From the NCBI GenBank assembly GCA_963662615.2, contig CAXXSR010000002.1:96001-160000 (forward strand): a DNA stretch of 64,000 nucleotides. The letters run 5' to 3'. The notes beneath the pieces were generated by a model. It did no database searches and was not told the origin of the DNA. It was given only the letters and a program-made list of their open reading frames with translations. This DNA is from Dehalococcoidia bacterium. GTDB lineage: Bacteria; Chloroflexota; Dehalococcoidia; Bin125. Numbering within the stretch: position 1 is the stretch's first letter; the number at the start of each line of letters is the position of its first letter. The position numbers and the translations under genes are program-made. This document shows, in pieces, positions 1 through 11,791 of this stretch.

Positions 1-50
1 CCACATGCCAGCAGGAACAAGGCCGGCGCCAGCAAGAGCAGACGTTTCAC
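1..50 (-). CDS. lipoprotein, 5' fragment (runs off window edge)
   Basis: GTG at 50 gives MKRLLLLAPALFLLACG: basic N-terminus, hydrophobic core, LAC-G lipobox; AAGGA SD upstream. Confidence 0.6.
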   Translation of the reverse strand, partial: MKRLLLLAPALFLLAC

Positions 51-340
51 GAAGCCATCCTTGCACGCGCATTTCATCGCCCGCACGTGTCTTGGTTACG
101 GTTGGCCGTCCGCGCCGGATTCGCGCCGGGCCGAGAGCCGACGGCGCCGTCCCCCCGAAAACGGGACGTGACCGGCCTCGCTTGCCGCCTGGCCCTCGCA
201 CCATGACGTCGGCCCGACCATTATGTCATTCGTGACGCCCTGCCAAGAGCCGGGCGGGTAGGCGCAAACCAGGGGATGCCCTGTTCACCTGCCATCGGTC
301 ATAATGCCCAGGCCCTCGAGAACAGAGATGGAGGAGAGAG

Positions 341-757
341 ATGGCGTCCACGGTCAGCAAGCTATCGATCAGCGCGGAGGCGGCGCGGCAAGCGATCGCC
401 GGAGCGGAAGCGAAGGCGGGGGAGCTGGGCATCGCTGTGGCGACCGCGGTGCTGGACGAATCCGGAGTGCTGAAAGCGTTCAGCCGCATGGATGGGGCTC
501 CGGTCATCAGCGTGGAGATCGCGAAGACGAAGGCGTTCACCTCTACGTTGGGCATGGCATCCGATCAGCTCTTCGAGTACATCAAGGACGACCCATCGAT
601 GATGGCAGGCGTCCCCACCCTGCCGGGACTCACGGTCGTCGGCGGCGGCGTGCCGGTGTTGGAGGGGGCGACTCCCGTAGGCGCCATTGGCGTCAGCGGC
701 GGAACCTGGCAGCAGGACAAGGAGTGCGCGGAGGCGGGCGTGGCCGCCACCGGCTAG
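341..757 (+). CDS. GlcG/HbpS-family heme-binding protein
   Basis: AVLDESGVLKAFSRMDGA, KAFTS, GGVPV..GAIGVSGG motifs; GGAGGAG SD. Confidence 0.9.
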   Translation: MASTVSKLSISAEAARQAIAGAEAKAGELGIAVATAVLDESGVLKAFSRMDGAPVISVEIAKTKAFTSTLGMASDQLFEYIKDDPSMMAGVPTLPGLTVVGGGVPVLEGATPVGAIGVSGGTWQQDKECAEAGVAATG

Positions 758-773
758 GCGCGTTGGAGAGAGG

Positions 774-2126
774 CTAGCCGCCGGCGACGGTTGACGACCG
801 TCCGCCCTCCACGCCTAGCGGCCCTCCGCCCTCAACGCCTGCCGGCGCGGGCGTCCCCTCCACGGCGGCCCTGGCGTATGGCAGCAGCATTTGCATTGGC
901 GTGAACGGCGTCGCCAGCGAGACCGCGACCCCTCGCAGCAGACCGATCACGCGGCCGATCAGGATCAGGTCATGTGGGATTGCGTTGATCGGGTTGTGGT
1001 CGAGCGCGGTATTCGATTCCCGCACGACGGCGGGATCGCCCAGGACGGGGCGGGCATCGAAGAGGAGGCGGACAAGAGTGAGGAGGCTGGCGGGCTCGTC
1101 GTGGCGGGTGCGGATGCCGAGTTCACGAAAGGCGGCGAGCACCGCGGCCGGGTCGCGCCCATTCGATGCGAGGACCAACCGCGCGAATCCCAAGCGCACC
1201 TGATCCGGTAGCTCCTTGGTTAAGCCGAAGTCCAGCAGCGCAACCTTGCCGTCGCGCCGGACCAGGATGTTTCCCGGATGGGGGTCGGCCTGGAAGAGGC
1301 CGTCGATCATGATCTGCCGCCCGTAGGCCGCGGCCAGCGCGCCGGCGACGGCGACGGGGTCCACGCCCATGCGATCGAGGGCGGCCAGGTCGAGCACTCT
1401 GGCGCCGTCCACGTAGTTGCTGACCAGCACGTGGCGTGTGAGCATGCCGCTGATCACCTCTGGAACGACCAGGCGCGTCTCCCCGGCGAGATTGGCGGCC
1501 ACCCGCCGCTGCATCTCCGCCTCATGCACAAAGTCCAGCTCCCGCGGCATCTCGCGCGCGAGCTCGGCCGCGACGGCGCAGTAGTCGAAGCGCGACTCGC
1601 GCCGGGCGAGCAGGCGGACCACGGTTTCAAGGTTGCGCATGTCCAGCCGGACCAGATCGCCGACTTCGGGGTATTGCACCTTGACTACCACCTGGCGGCC
1701 ATTCGGGAGGCGGGCGCGATGCACTTGCGCCAGTGACGCCGCCGCAAGGGGACGGTCGTCGAAGTGACTGAACAGTTCGTCAATGGGACGTCCCAGCTCC
1801 CGCTCGATGATGGCGCGAATCAAGGCCGCGGATCGCGGGGGCACGCGGTCGTGCAGGGCTCCGAGCCGATGCACGTAGGGCGCCGGGACGATGTCAGCGC
1901 GGGCGCCGATGAACTGTCCCGCTTTGATCATGAGCGCTTGGAGCGAGACGGCCAGGTCGAACAGCCGCTTGGCCGACCTGTCGTGCTGGGCGTCCCACAG
2001 CGTCGCCGCTTGCGCGGCCGTGAGCCCGCGGACGCGGCGCTGCGTCCACTTGTAGCCGAGATAGATGACGGCCGCGTTCCAGGCGACGCGCAGCGATCGT
2101 TGGGAGCGATGCAACGACGCGGACAT
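774..2126 (-). CDS. ABC1/AarF/UbiB-family atypical kinase
   Basis: AAASLAQVHRA, VVVKVQYP, ADPHPGN, LLDFG motifs; TAGACT -10 box 6 nt before ATG suggests leaderless mRNA. Confidence 0.9.
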   Translation of the reverse strand: MSASLHRSQRSLRVAWNAAVIYLGYKWTQRRVRGLTAAQAATLWDAQHDRSAKRLFDLAVSLQALMIKAGQFIGARADIVPAPYVHRLGALHDRVPPRSAALIRAIIERELGRPIDELFSHFDDRPLAAASLAQVHRARLPNGRQVVVKVQYPEVGDLVRLDMRNLETVVRLLARRESRFDYCAVAAELAREMPRELDFVHEAEMQRRVAANLAGETRLVVPEVISGMLTRHVLVSNYVDGARVLDLAALDRMGVDPVAVAGALAAAYGRQIMIDGLFQADPHPGNILVRRDGKVALLDFGLTKELPDQVRLGFARLVLASNGRDPAAVLAAFRELGIRTRHDEPASLLTLVRLLFDARPVLGDPAVVRESNTALDHNPINAIPHDLILIGRVIGLLRGVAVSLATPFTPMQMLLPYARAAVEGTPAPAGVEGGGPLGVEGGRSSTVAGG

Positions 2127-2173
2127 GTGCCGAGTCTAGCGGGCCAGCAGAGAGCCGCAGGGGAGCGAGCGAC

Positions 2174-3103
2174 TCAGGCGCCGTCCCCGTGCACCTCCGG
2201 CAGGACCTCGTCGATCAGGCGCTGAGTCTGGGAGAGGACGTCGGCGTCGCCCTCGGCGATGGGACGGAGAACGAACTTGGAGATGCCGGCCGCCGTGTAC
2301 TCGTCGATGCGCGCGCGGATCTCCGCACGGCCGCCGACGGCCAGGTACTGCCGTGCCGGCAGGGGCGGACTGCGTTGTGCCAGGTCGGCGGCGGCGCGCT
2401 CAACGGCGGGCTCGTCCCAGCTGCCAAAGCGGAAGGCGAAACTCGCGCCGTAGTGGTCGGCGTCAATAGAGCGGCCGAGCGCTGCGCTCTCCCGCTTAAT
2501 CGCCTCCACGACGGCGTCCACCTGCGACGGTGGCAGGATCCCCGCTAACCAACCCGAGCCAATGGTGGCGGTACGGCGGATGGCGGCCCGGCTGCTGCCG
2601 CCGATCCAGAGCGGCAGCGGCTGCTGCACCGGCTTCGGATCGACGCTGGCGTCGCGATAGCGATAGTGACTTCCCTGAAAGGTGACGCGCGCCTCGCTCC
2701 AGAGACGGGTCATCAGGAGGAGCGCTTCGTCGGCTTGCGCGCCGCGTTGGCGGGCACTGCGGCCGGTGGCGCGCCACTCCGGGGCCGTGTCGGCGCCAAC
2801 GCCGAAGGCGGGGAGCAAACGCCCTTGGCTGAGAAAGTCGATGGTCGCGCACTGCTTCGCCAAGACCAGTGGGTCGCGGAACGGGACCACGGCCACGTTC
2901 ATGCCGAACTTGAGCCGCTGCGTGCGGCCCGCGAGGGCGGCCATCACGCTCAGCGTTTCCAGGAACGGGCGCGGCGAGACGAGCCGGTCGGTCTGCCAGA
3001 GCGAGTCGACATCGCCGTCTTCGCAGAGATCGACCCAGCGCCAGAAGGCGTCGGCAGCGGAAAAGGGGAAGGCGGCGAGGCCCAAACCGACACGAACGCT
3101 CAT
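2174..3103 (-). CDS. LLM-class (luciferase-like, possibly F420-dependent) oxidoreductase
   Basis: SLWQTDRL, RDPLVLAKQCATIDFLSQGR, PKPVQQPLPLWIGG motifs. Confidence 0.9.
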   Translation of the reverse strand: MSVRVGLGLAAFPFSAADAFWRWVDLCEDGDVDSLWQTDRLVSPRPFLETLSVMAALAGRTQRLKFGMNVAVVPFRDPLVLAKQCATIDFLSQGRLLPAFGVGADTAPEWRATGRSARQRGAQADEALLLMTRLWSEARVTFQGSHYRYRDASVDPKPVQQPLPLWIGGSSRAAIRRTATIGSGWLAGILPPSQVDAVVEAIKRESAALGRSIDADHYGASFAFRFGSWDEPAVERAAADLAQRSPPLPARQYLAVGGRAEIRARIDEYTAAGISKFVLRPIAEGDADVLSQTQRLIDEVLPEVHGDGA

Positions 3104-3195
3104 TGCCTGCCCTCGATTTCGCGGCAGTGAGGCCCGGCGGCCTCGCCGTCGCGGCCACGATAGCGGATGCGCCGCAGCGGGCCGGCCTGCGGGCC

Positions 3196-3370
3196 GCTCG
3201 CCGACCGCCGGAAGGCGCGGCAGCTTGACCGGGACCTGGCCGCTTCCTAGCCTCCTCCCGACCGCGCCCAGGAGCCTTGCGAGACCTCATGCGGGGAGAG
3301 CACCTGAATGCGATTCGTTATGCCCACATCCTTGGGGAGCCGATTGACCGCCCTTAGGGGCCGGCGCGCC
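3196..3370 (+). repeat. direct repeat copy 1 (promoter, leader and first codons of CSLREA gene)
   Basis: near-identical to 9348-9522 (offset 6152 bp). Confidence 0.9.
3225..3253 (+). promoter_or_regulatory. sigma70-type promoter of CSLREA gene 1
   Basis: TTGACC-N17-TAGCCT; identical copy at 9377-9405. Confidence 0.65.
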
Positions 3371-6241
3371 CGTCCACCCCTGGTGTTGGCCTCCGCCGCC
3401 GTGGTCGTGGCGGTGATTGCGGCCACGCTGGCACTGGTACTGACGCCCGGGACGGCCCACGGCGCCAACTTCACGGTCAATTGGCAGCCAGACGGGGTAG
3501 ACATCACCCCAGGCGACGGCATCTGCTCGGCCGGACTCCAAGGTTGCACGCTACGCGCGGCGGTCATGGAGGCGAACGCGCTCGACGGCGACGACACGAT
3601 CACGTTGCCTGCCGGCACCTACACGCTGACCATCGCGGGGACGGGCGAGAACGCCGCCGCCACCGGCGACCTCGACATCGCCGACCTCGCCAACAAGGTG
3701 ACCATCACCGGCGCTGGGGCCGCCAGCACGATCATCGACGGCGGCGGCATCGACCGCGTCTTTCAGGTCCTCGGTTTGAGCACGCTGGAACTCTCGGGCG
3801 TCACTGTCACCAACGGGAACGCCGGCGGCGGCGACGGGGGCGGCATCCGGGTCGGCGGCAGCCTGACGCTGACCAGCAGCAGGGTCAGCAACAGCACGGC
3901 CAGCGCCGGGGGCGGCATCTACGTTCAACCTTCCGGCGGCTTTCTCCAATTCGCCGGCTCGCTCACGCTGAATCTCAGCACCGTCGGCCCCAACAACAGC
4001 GCGACCTTCAGCGGCGGCGGCATCTGGAACGGCGGCTCCGCGACGCTCACAGACGGCGTCGTGGAAAACAACTTGGCGGGATTCGATGGGGGCGGCATCT
4101 TTAACAGTGGGACGCTGACCCTGATCCACACCACCCTCAGCGGGAACGCGACCAGTAGTGGAGACGGCGGCGGCATCCACAATGACGGCGGCGCCACGCT
4201 CACTCTGGACGACAGCGCCGTGGTGAGCAACACGGCGACGGCCGGTGACGGAGGCGGTATCAGCAACGTTGGGGCGCTGACGGTGAGCAACAGTAGCGTG
4301 AGTAACAACACCTCGACCAATGGCGTGGGCGGCGGCATCGACAACGCCGGGATGCTGACCCTCAGCAACACGACCGTTAGCGGCAACAGCACCACGGACC
4401 AGGGCGGCGGCATCTACAGCTCTGGCGCCAGCGCGGTGGTGGCGATGACAGGGGGCGCCGTTCAGGGCAACACGGCCGCGATCGCTGGCGGCGGTATCTG
4501 GAACGATGGCACCGTGACGCTGACCGGCAGTACAGTCAGCGGCAACACGACGAACGGACATGGCGGCGGCCTCCACAACGTAGGGGGCGCGAGCGCCACG
4601 CTGACGAACGCCACGGTCAGCAACAACACGGCGCCCGCCAGCGGTGGTGGCATCTACAACTCCGAGAGCGCTCTCAGCGTGGTGGACAGCACGTTCATCG
4701 GCAATCAAGCCGGGTTTTGCGGCGGCGCCATCCACAACATCGGCCCCACCGCGACGCTCGCCCTGACCCGCACGACGGTGAGCGGGAATACGGCAGGGGA
4801 TGATGGTGGCGGGGTTAGTAACGTCGTAGGCGCGATGGCGACGGTCACCGCCAGCACCATCAGTGGCAACACTGCTACCAGCACGGCAGGCGGCATTGAG
4901 AACGGGAGCGGCGCCTCGCTGACGCTGACGAACAGCACAATCAGCGGCAACACCACGACGGGGGCTGGGGGCGGCATCCTCAACGACAATAACGCCGCGT
5001 TGACGGTGCTCAACAGCACAATCAGCGGCAACATCGCCGGGGGCGTGGGGGGCGGCATCGCGCACAGCGGCGCCACGACCACGTTGAAGAACTCGATCGT
5101 GGCCGGGAACACCGCGGCCAACTGCGATGGCTCCATGCTCTCGTTCGACAACAACCTGGACAGCGACAACACGTGTAATTTGATCGCGCCGGGCGACCTC
5201 CCCGGCCTTGACCCGCTGCTGGGCCCGCTGGCGAGCAACGGCGGCCCCACCCAGACGCAGGCGTTGCTCGCGGGCAGCCCGGCGATCAACGCCGGCAACG
5301 ACGTGGGGGCGCCCCCAACCGATCAGCGCGGCTTCCCCCGGGTCGGCGTCAGCGACATCGGCGCGTTCGAGTTTCAAGGGCTCGACGCCGACGGCGACGG
5401 CTTCGACGACATCGCGGCGGGCGGGACCGACTGCGATGACGGCGACGCGACCATCTTCCCCGGCGCCACCGAGATCCCCTACGACGGCATCGACCAGGAC
5501 TGCGACGGCAGCGACCTGACCGACGTGGACAGAGACGGCTTCGAGGCCGACCAGGCCGTCGGCGGCACGCCCGACTGCGACGACACCGACGCGACCGTCT
5601 TCCCGGGCGCCACGGAGATCCTCGACGACGGCATTGACCAGGACTGCGACGGGGAGGACGCCATCAGTGAGCCGGAAGCGGTCCTGACGGCGACCTTCGC
5701 GCTGGTGGGCGGCTTCAACGCCATCGTCTTCCCCGGCGCGGATGACACGCCCATTGCGGACCTGGCCACCGCCATCGGCTCCATCACGGACGCCATCTTC
5801 CGCTTCGATGAGACGTCGCAGAGCTGGTTGGTGTATCGGCCCGACGTCGTGGTGCCGGGGTTGAATACGCTGGCCATGGCCAACCAGCGCGACGTCCTCT
5901 TTGTCCGTCTCGCCGCGGGCGGCGTGGCCACCTTGATGTGGGAGGACGTGCTGGCGGCCGGGCCGGTGAGCGTGGATCTGCCGCCGGGGTTCAGCTTCGT
6001 GGGCTTCACCGGCGCCGATGGGACGGCGGTGGCCGACCTGCTGGCGATGCTCCCGGCCGGGGTGGATGCGGCCTTCCTCTTCGCCGCGGAGGATCAGGAA
6101 TACGACGTCTTCCGGCGCGGCGAGCCGAGCTTCTTGAGCACGTTCACCTCCGCGGACCGGCTCGAGGCCCTGTTCATCCGCAACACGACGACCAGCACGG
6201 CGGTCCTCTCCTGGGAGCAGGTGGCCGCGGGCGGTCCCTGA
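3308..6241 (+). CDS. secreted CSLREA-domain / parallel beta-helix (GGGI-N repeat) / choice-of-anchor Q protein with MopE-like DCDD metal-binding repeats
   Basis: signal peptide ending [15 protein letters not shown], many GGGIxN repeats, [26 protein letters not shown], two [17 protein letters not shown] motifs. Confidence 0.9.
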   Translation: MRFVMPTSLGSRLTALRGRRARPPLVLASAAVVVAVIAATLALVLTPGTAHGANFTVNWQPDGVDITPGDGICSAGLQGCTLRAAVMEANALDGDDTITLPAGTYTLTIAGTGENAAATGDLDIADLANKVTITGAGAASTIIDGGGIDRVFQVLGLSTLELSGVTVTNGNAGGGDGGGIRVGGSLTLTSSRVSNSTASAGGGIYVQPSGGFLQFAGSLTLNLSTVGPNNSATFSGGGIWNGGSATLTDGVVENNLAGFDGGGIFNSGTLTLIHTTLSGNATSSGDGGGIHNDGGATLTLDDSAVVSNTATAGDGGGISNVGALTVSNSSVSNNTSTNGVGGGIDNAGMLTLSNTTVSGNSTTDQGGGIYSSGASAVVAMTGGAVQGNTAAIAGGGIWNDGTVTLTGSTVSGNTTNGHGGGLHNVGGASATLTNATVSNNTAPASGGGIYNSESALSVVDSTFIGNQAGFCGGAIHNIGPTATLALTRTTVSGNTAGDDGGGVSNVVGAMATVTASTISGNTATSTAGGIENGSGASLTLTNSTISGNTTTGAGGGILNDNNAALTVLNSTISGNIAGGVGGGIAHSGATTTLKNSIVAGNTAANCDGSMLSFDNNLDSDNTCNLIAPGDLPGLDPLLGPLASNGGPTQTQALLAGSPAINAGNDVGAPPTDQRGFPRVGVSDIGAFEFQGLDADGDGFDDIAAGGTDCDDGDATIFPGATEIPYDGIDQDCDGSDLTDVDRDGFEADQAVGGTPDCDDTDATVFPGATEILDDGIDQDCDGEDAISEPEAVLTATFALVGGFNAIVFPGADDTPIADLATAIGSITDAIFRFDETSQSWLVYRPDVVVPGLNTLAMANQRDVLFVRLAAGGVATLMWEDVLAAGPVSVDLPPGFSFVGFTGADGTAVADLLAMLPAGVDAAFLFAAEDQEYDVFRRGEPSFLSTFTSADRLEALFIRNTTTSTAVLSWEQVAAGGP

Positions 6242-6660
6242 GCCGCGGGCCACGCCTGGGACGCGGCTTGCCTCCGATGCGGCGAGGCGAATCACGCGGT
6301 AGCTGCCGGCGGTCGATCACGGCTGGGGAAGCGCCACGGGCGGATGAGACACAGCGCGGATAACATCCCGCGTTGCGCGGGTTGTCCCCGCGGCCCACGT
6401 CCGTTCCGGTCGCCGAACCGCGACGGCGCCACCATCTTCATTTCACCGTGAGACGGTGCCCATCCTCGCGCCTGCCTCTGGGTGCGGGGGCCGTGAAAGA
6501 GGACAGATGCCTCTCGGCGGTTTGCCTGCGTCCCGCTTTGTGTGGCCGGCCGGCCCCCGGCCGTAAGGATTTCTCTACTCGCCCGTCTTACTCAGTGAAG
6601 GGTGCAGAGGCCTCTAGGCTCTGCCGCCGAACTGCGATCGCAAGAAGGCGAGGGGAAGCG

Positions 6661-7287
6661 ATGCCACCGTTCCAGGCGGGCCCGGATGCGGCGACGATGC
6701 AGGCGCGCGGTCGCGGCGCGAGCGACAGCGCTGATCCCGACACAGATAGCGTCACGCGCTTCGCGGCGCTGTATGAGGAGACGTTCGACGCGGTCTATCG
6801 CTACGCCTGCGTCCTCATGGGCGACGCCGGCCAAGCAGAAGACATTGCCGCGGACGTGTATCTCTGCGTGCGTGGCGGCAGCGGGGATCGTACCCGGAGG
6901 GAGGGCACGGCGCTCTCGTGGCTCCTCTCCATCACGCACAACTGCGTCTGCTCCGTGCTCCGCAAGCGGAGCGCGGAGCAAGCGGACGTGGACCTGCTGC
7001 TCAGGCAGCCTAATACGGGCGCGGGGCCGGAGGCCGCTGTGCTGGCCTCCGTTGACCGACGGCGGACCCGGGAGGCCATGGCGTCGCTGACGCCCACACA
7101 GCAAGAAGTGATCGTCCTGCGCTTTTTCGGCGATCGTTCCCATGCGGAGATCGCGGCGCGGATGCAGCGCAGCGAGAACGCGGTGCGGGCGCTGCAATAC
7201 CGAGCGCTGCGCCAGCTGAGACTGGGACTGGAGGGGCGTGCGAGCCCGTTCCCGTCGCCGGCGGGCGCGGCGGCGGCTGGAGAATAA
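6661..7287 (+). CDS. ECF sigma-70 factor, probably damaged in region 2
   Basis: FAALYEETFDAVYRY, LTPTQQEVIVLRF, SHAEIA..SENAVRALQYRAL; the expected LRAWR segment lies in another frame at 6864-6893. Confidence 0.75.
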   Translation: MPPFQAGPDAATMQARGRGASDSADPDTDSVTRFAALYEETFDAVYRYACVLMGDAGQAEDIAADVYLCVRGGSGDRTRREGTALSWLLSITHNCVCSVLRKRSAEQADVDLLLRQPNTGAGPEAAVLASVDRRRTREAMASLTPTQQEVIVLRFFGDRSHAEIAARMQRSENAVRALQYRALRQLRLGLEGRASPFPSPAGAAAAGE

Positions 7288-7429
7288 CGACCGATTTTCT
7301 CAATGACGGGGCGGCCGGCGCTCTGCCGGTACGCGGGACAAGCGCCGGGCCAGCAGCGTTCCGCTTGACCGGCGCGCCGTGCGTGTGGATGTTCCGATCC
7401 TGGTCCGGACGCGGAGCTGATGGGCGGTC

Positions 7430-7960
7430 TCAGACCTTTCGCACGTCGCTACCGACGCGCACGGTCCCGGCCTTGATCACGACGGCGTTGATCCCGCGTA
7501 GGTGGAGATTTGCTCTGGCGGGAGCATTGATGAATCTCGCAGCCTCAGTTCCGTAGCGCCGAGAGAATTTCCCACATCCGGTATGGGGAACCTCGCTCAC
7601 TTCCAGCACGACATCGTCGATCGTCAGGCGCTGACCCGCGGGAAGGTTGTTCGCACTCAGATCCAGATCGACGATGAGTTGGTCCCCGGCTAGAGACCAC
7701 CGCTCTCGACTCCCCGCTATGAGGTTGAGGATCCGCGAGTTCATGAGCGTCACCTGCGCTCGTGGATGTCCGCCGCTGGACTTCCATTTGTCACCGTCCA
7801 CGCCGCCTTGCGGCGAGAGCCGAGCCGCGTGGGGAGACTCACGTTGGTCCTCCGCGGGCCGGAGGAAGATCGCCTCTAACTTCCCCGCGTCCTGGGGCGA
7901 CTCAAGGACCTCAGTGATTCCCGCATCGAGCTGCTCCCGGCTTGCGAACTCACTGGTCAC
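7430..7960 (-). CDS. MOSC-domain protein
   Basis: GDQLIVDLDLS, EVSEVPHTGCGKF, LRGINAVVIKAGTVRVG; GTG start with GAGGAGG SD. Confidence 0.85.
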   Translation of the reverse strand: MTSEFASREQLDAGITEVLESPQDAGKLEAIFLRPAEDQRESPHAARLSPQGGVDGDKWKSSGGHPRAQVTLMNSRILNLIAGSRERWSLAGDQLIVDLDLSANNLPAGQRLTIDDVVLEVSEVPHTGCGKFSRRYGTEAARFINAPARANLHLRGINAVVIKAGTVRVGSDVRKV

Positions 7961-8241
7961 CTGAGTTCCCTCCTCTGCGCGGATCCCGCAAGCGCGCGTG
8001 CCACGCGCATGCTGGAGCCGTGATCGCGTCGCCGTCGCAGCATAGCCTCCCACCCCTCGCCGTCCACCCGTCTCCCTTAATCGCGGGGGGGTCACGCTGG
8101 ATGGGAGCGGGACAGGCGCCAAGGCGATCCGATCCAGACGATCGATCGCCTGGAAGGCGACGTTCGGAGTCAACCCGGAACGCTTTCCAGTATCCCGACC
8201 GGCAAAGCCGCAGACGAACAATGCGACGAGGTGAGCGGGAG

Positions 8242-9337
8242 ATGGCGGCGCAGGCATCAACGCTGTTCGAACCACGCGCGCTCCCACGGGTGGCCACATC
8301 CTTCGTTGGCCGTGAAGACGAGCTCGCCGAAATCCGGCGCCAAGTTTTGGAGTGGGGCGGCCCCCTGATCACGCTTGTCGGGCCGGGAGGGATCGGCAAG
8401 TCGCGTTTGGCAATCGAGTCCGCCGCCTCCATCGCAGCGGAGCTGGCGGACGGCGCCGCCTTCGTTCCGCTGCAGGCGGTCGCGTCGGGCGAGGCGCTGG
8501 TTCTCGCCATCGCCGAGGCGGTCAACTTCCCCGTCGGGCGGCCAAGGCGATCCCACGAGCCGGCTGCTGGCCTTCCTCCAGGACCGCGAGATGAAACGGT
8601 TGCTCGCCGCCGTCCTCCTCACGCGCGGTTGGATAGCAATTCGACTGGGGCAGTTGGACGAGGCGCAGCGCGTCCTTCAGAACAGCCGCCACCTCTTCAA
8701 TGACCTCGGCGTGGATTCCGCCCCGTACACCTTCGCCGACGATCCGAACGCTGCCCTGGGGATCCTGGCGCGCGTCGGCGGCGACCTCAGCGAGGGCCAA
8801 ATGCACTTCGAGGCGAGCCACGCGCTGCGCACCGCGTTCAACGATCCGGAGGGCATGGCGCTCGCCCTCGCGCACCCGGCGGAGACGGCGGCACTGCAGG
8901 GGGACGCCCGCGAGGCCGAACGCCGCTACCGCTAAGCGCTGGTCCTCTATCGCGACATTGGCGATCGCGGCGGCCTGGGCAGCGCGCTGTGTGGACTCGG
9001 TCGCGTCGCCTGCGGCCGGGGCGAAATGCACACAGCGCATGCCTGCTTTTTATGCGCCCTTGAGATTGCGGCGGAGATCCGTGTCGTTCCCCTGATCTTC
9101 GACGTGCTGCGCGGCGTGCCGGAACTCCTACTCGCCTCCGGCGAGCGCGCCCTGGCGGTTGAACTGCTTGCGTTCATCACGCATCACCGCAGCGCCCCCG
9201 ACGAGACGAAAACGAACGCCGAGACGCTGCTTGCCGGCACCACCAAGTGGTACACGAGCCAGATCTACGGCAAGCTCGGCGTGCGCAATCGCTCACAGGC
9301 CGTGCTGCGCGCCCGCGAACTGGGCGTGGTCCTCTAA
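8242..9337 (+). pseudogene. decayed LuxR-family ATPase/TPR (MalT/STAND-like) regulator
   Basis: SFVGREDEL and GPGGIGKS P-loop, frameshift near 8535, TAA at 8933-8935 with in-frame continuation, TPR-like segments, truncated LuxR HTH (TKWYTSQIYGKLGVRNRSQAV). Confidence 0.85.
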
Positions 9338-9347
9338 CCGGCGCGAC

Positions 9348-9522
9348 GCTCGCCAACCGCCGGAAGGCGCGGCAGCTTGACCGGGACCTGGCCGCTTCCT
9401 AGCCTCCTCCCGACCGCGCCCAGGAGCCTTGCGAGACCTCATGCGGGGAGAGCACCTGAATGCAATTCGTTATGCCCACATCCTTGGGGAGCCGATTGAC
9501 CGCCCTTAGGGGCCGGCTCGCC
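9348..9522 (+). repeat. direct repeat copy 2
   Basis: near-identical to 3196-3370. Confidence 0.9.
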
Positions 9523-11658
9523 CGCTCGCCCCTGGCGTTAATGTCCGCTGCCGCGGCGACTGCGGCGCTGGCGGCCGCGCTGGCGCTGGTACTGACGCTC
9601 GGCACGGCCCACGGCGCCAACTTCACCGTCTCGAGCACTGCAGATGGCATCGACATGTTCCCGGGCGACGGAAATTGCCACTCACCGGGGTTTCCGATCC
9701 CGGGCCCGTGCACTCTGCGCGCCGCGATCATGGAGGCGAACGCGCTCGACGGCGACGACACCATCACCTTGCCTCCCGGCACCTATTTCCTGACCAACGC
9801 CGGCACGGGCGAGAACGCCGGCGGCACCGGCGACCTCGACATCGCCGACTTCGGCAACAAGCTGACCATCACCGGCGCGGGCGCCGCCACCACCATCATC
9901 AACGGCGGCGGCATCGACCGCGTCATTCAGGTCCTCGGTTTGACCACGCTGGAACTCTCCAGCGTGACAATCACCAACGGGGACACGACCAGCAGCGGCG
10001 GCGGCATCTTCAACCGCGGCACGCTGACGCTCACGAACAGCACCGTCAGCGGCAACACGGCGGACGGGGCAGGCGGCGGGATTACTAACTTTGACATGGG
10101 CACGGCGACGCTGACGAACGTCACGGTGAGTGTGAACACGACGGGCGGCAGCGCCGGCGGCATCTTCAACAGCGGCACCCTGACGCTGACGAACAGCACG
10201 ATCAGCGGCAACACGGCGGCACAAGGCGGCGGCATTGAGAACCGCGGCACGCTGACGCTGACCAACAGCACGGTTACCGGGAATATGAGCCTTGCCGGGG
10301 GCGGCGGCATCCTTAACCTCAGCGGCACGCTCACGCTCACGAACAGCACCGTCAGCGGCAACACGGCGGACGGGGCAGGCGGCGGGATTTCGAACTCCGG
10401 CGAGGCGACGCTGACGAACAGCACCGTCAGCGGCAACGCCGCGGCCTTCGACAGCGGCGGCATCCTGCACCTGGACGGCCCGCTTACGCTGAAAAACTCG
10501 ATTATCGCGGGGAACAGCGCACCCGACTGCGATGGGTTGGCAGTCACTTCGTTGGGGAACAACATCGACGGCGACAGCACGTGCAACCTCGCGGGCCCGG
10601 ACGACCAGCCGGGGGTCGATCCACTCCTGGGGCCCCTGGCGGACAACGGCGGGCCCACCCAGACCCAGGCGCTGCTGGCAGGGAGTCCGGCGATCAATGC
10701 GGGCGACGACACCGCGGCCCTCGCGATCGATCAGCGCGGCTTCCCCCGCGTCGGCGTCAGCGACATCGGCGCGTTTGAGTTCCAGGGGCCTGTCGGCGTC
10801 GATGCTGACGGGGACGGCTTCGACTCCATCGCCAGCGGTGGGAGCGACTGCGACGATACGAACTCAACGATCTTCCCCGGCGCATCGGAGACGCCGTACG
10901 ACGGCATCGATCAGGACTGCGACGGCAGCGACCTGGCCGACGTGGACGGCGACGGCTTCGACGCCGACCAGGCCACGGGCGGCACGCCCGACTGCGACGA
11001 CACCGATGCGACCATCTTCCCGGGCGCCACGGAGATCCTCGACGACGGCATTGACCAGGACTGTGACGGGGAGGACGCCATCAGCGATCCGGAAGCGGTC
11101 CCGACGGTCACCTTCTCGCTGGTGGGCGGCTTCAACGCCCTGGTATTCCCCGGCGCGGATGACACGCCCATTGACGACGTGGCCACGGCCATCGGGTCGA
11201 TCACGGACGCCATCTTCCGTTTCGATGCAGATAGGCAGAGCTGGTTGGTGTACCGCCCCGACGTCGTGGTGCCGGGGTTGAACACGCTGGCCACGGCCAA
11301 CCAGCGCGACGTCCTCTTCGTCCGGCTCCCGGCCGGCGCCGAGGCCGCGCTGAGCTGGGACGACGCGCTGTCGGCCGGGCCCGTGAGCGTGGCGCTGCCG
11401 CCGGGGTTCACCTTCGTGGGCTTCACCGGCGCGGCGGACACGGCGCTGGCCGACCTCCTCGCCCCCCTGCCGGCCGAGGTCAGTGCGGTCTTCCGCTACG
11501 ACGCCGCCACGCAGGGGTACGACATCTTCCGGCGCGGCCAGCCCGCCTTCCTCAGCACCGTCACGACCGTGGACCGCCTCGACGGCCTCTTCCTCGTCAA
11601 CAGCACCGCCGACACGGTGACGCTGGCCTGGGAGCAGGTCGCCGGCGGCGGCCCCTGA
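9460..11658 (+). CDS. CSLREA/beta-helix/choice-of-anchor Q surface protein, paralog of 3308-6241
   Basis: same architecture with fewer GGGI repeats; highly similar N- and C-terminal parts. Confidence 0.9.
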   Translation: MQFVMPTSLGSRLTALRGRLARSPLALMSAAAATAALAAALALVLTLGTAHGANFTVSSTADGIDMFPGDGNCHSPGFPIPGPCTLRAAIMEANALDGDDTITLPPGTYFLTNAGTGENAGGTGDLDIADFGNKLTITGAGAATTIINGGGIDRVIQVLGLTTLELSSVTITNGDTTSSGGGIFNRGTLTLTNSTVSGNTADGAGGGITNFDMGTATLTNVTVSVNTTGGSAGGIFNSGTLTLTNSTISGNTAAQGGGIENRGTLTLTNSTVTGNMSLAGGGGILNLSGTLTLTNSTVSGNTADGAGGGISNSGEATLTNSTVSGNAAAFDSGGILHLDGPLTLKNSIIAGNSAPDCDGLAVTSLGNNIDGDSTCNLAGPDDQPGVDPLLGPLADNGGPTQTQALLAGSPAINAGDDTAALAIDQRGFPRVGVSDIGAFEFQGPVGVDADGDGFDSIASGGSDCDDTNSTIFPGASETPYDGIDQDCDGSDLADVDGDGFDADQATGGTPDCDDTDATIFPGATEILDDGIDQDCDGEDAISDPEAVPTVTFSLVGGFNALVFPGADDTPIDDVATAIGSITDAIFRFDADRQSWLVYRPDVVVPGLNTLATANQRDVLFVRLPAGAEAALSWDDALSAGPVSVALPPGFTFVGFTGAADTALADLLAPLPAEVSAVFRYDAATQGYDIFRRGQPAFLSTVTTVDRLDGLFLVNSTADTVTLAWEQVAGGGP

Positions 11659-11791
11659 GCGGTTGACCCCTCGCGTTTGCGACCCGCGACGGCGCGCGGC
11701 GCGCGGGGAGTTTGTTCGCACGGTCAGACATGCATTGCTCCTGGCGCGCCCACCGAAGGGACCGGCGCCGTCATGCGGGGGCGGCGGCGCC

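Noticed and set aside
3254-3307. Riboswitch in the duplicated leader
   Set aside because: Short, no recognisable aptamer; conservation is explained by recent duplication
3551-6295. Long antisense ORFs (also 19998-21569, 27065-28699, 33291-34988, 56870-58870)
   Set aside because: Shadow frames opposite well-supported genes, expected from high GC3
3308-11658. Diversity-generating retroelement or retron explaining the paralogs or the IS RNA
   Set aside because: No reverse transcriptase in the window, and differences are not adenine-specific
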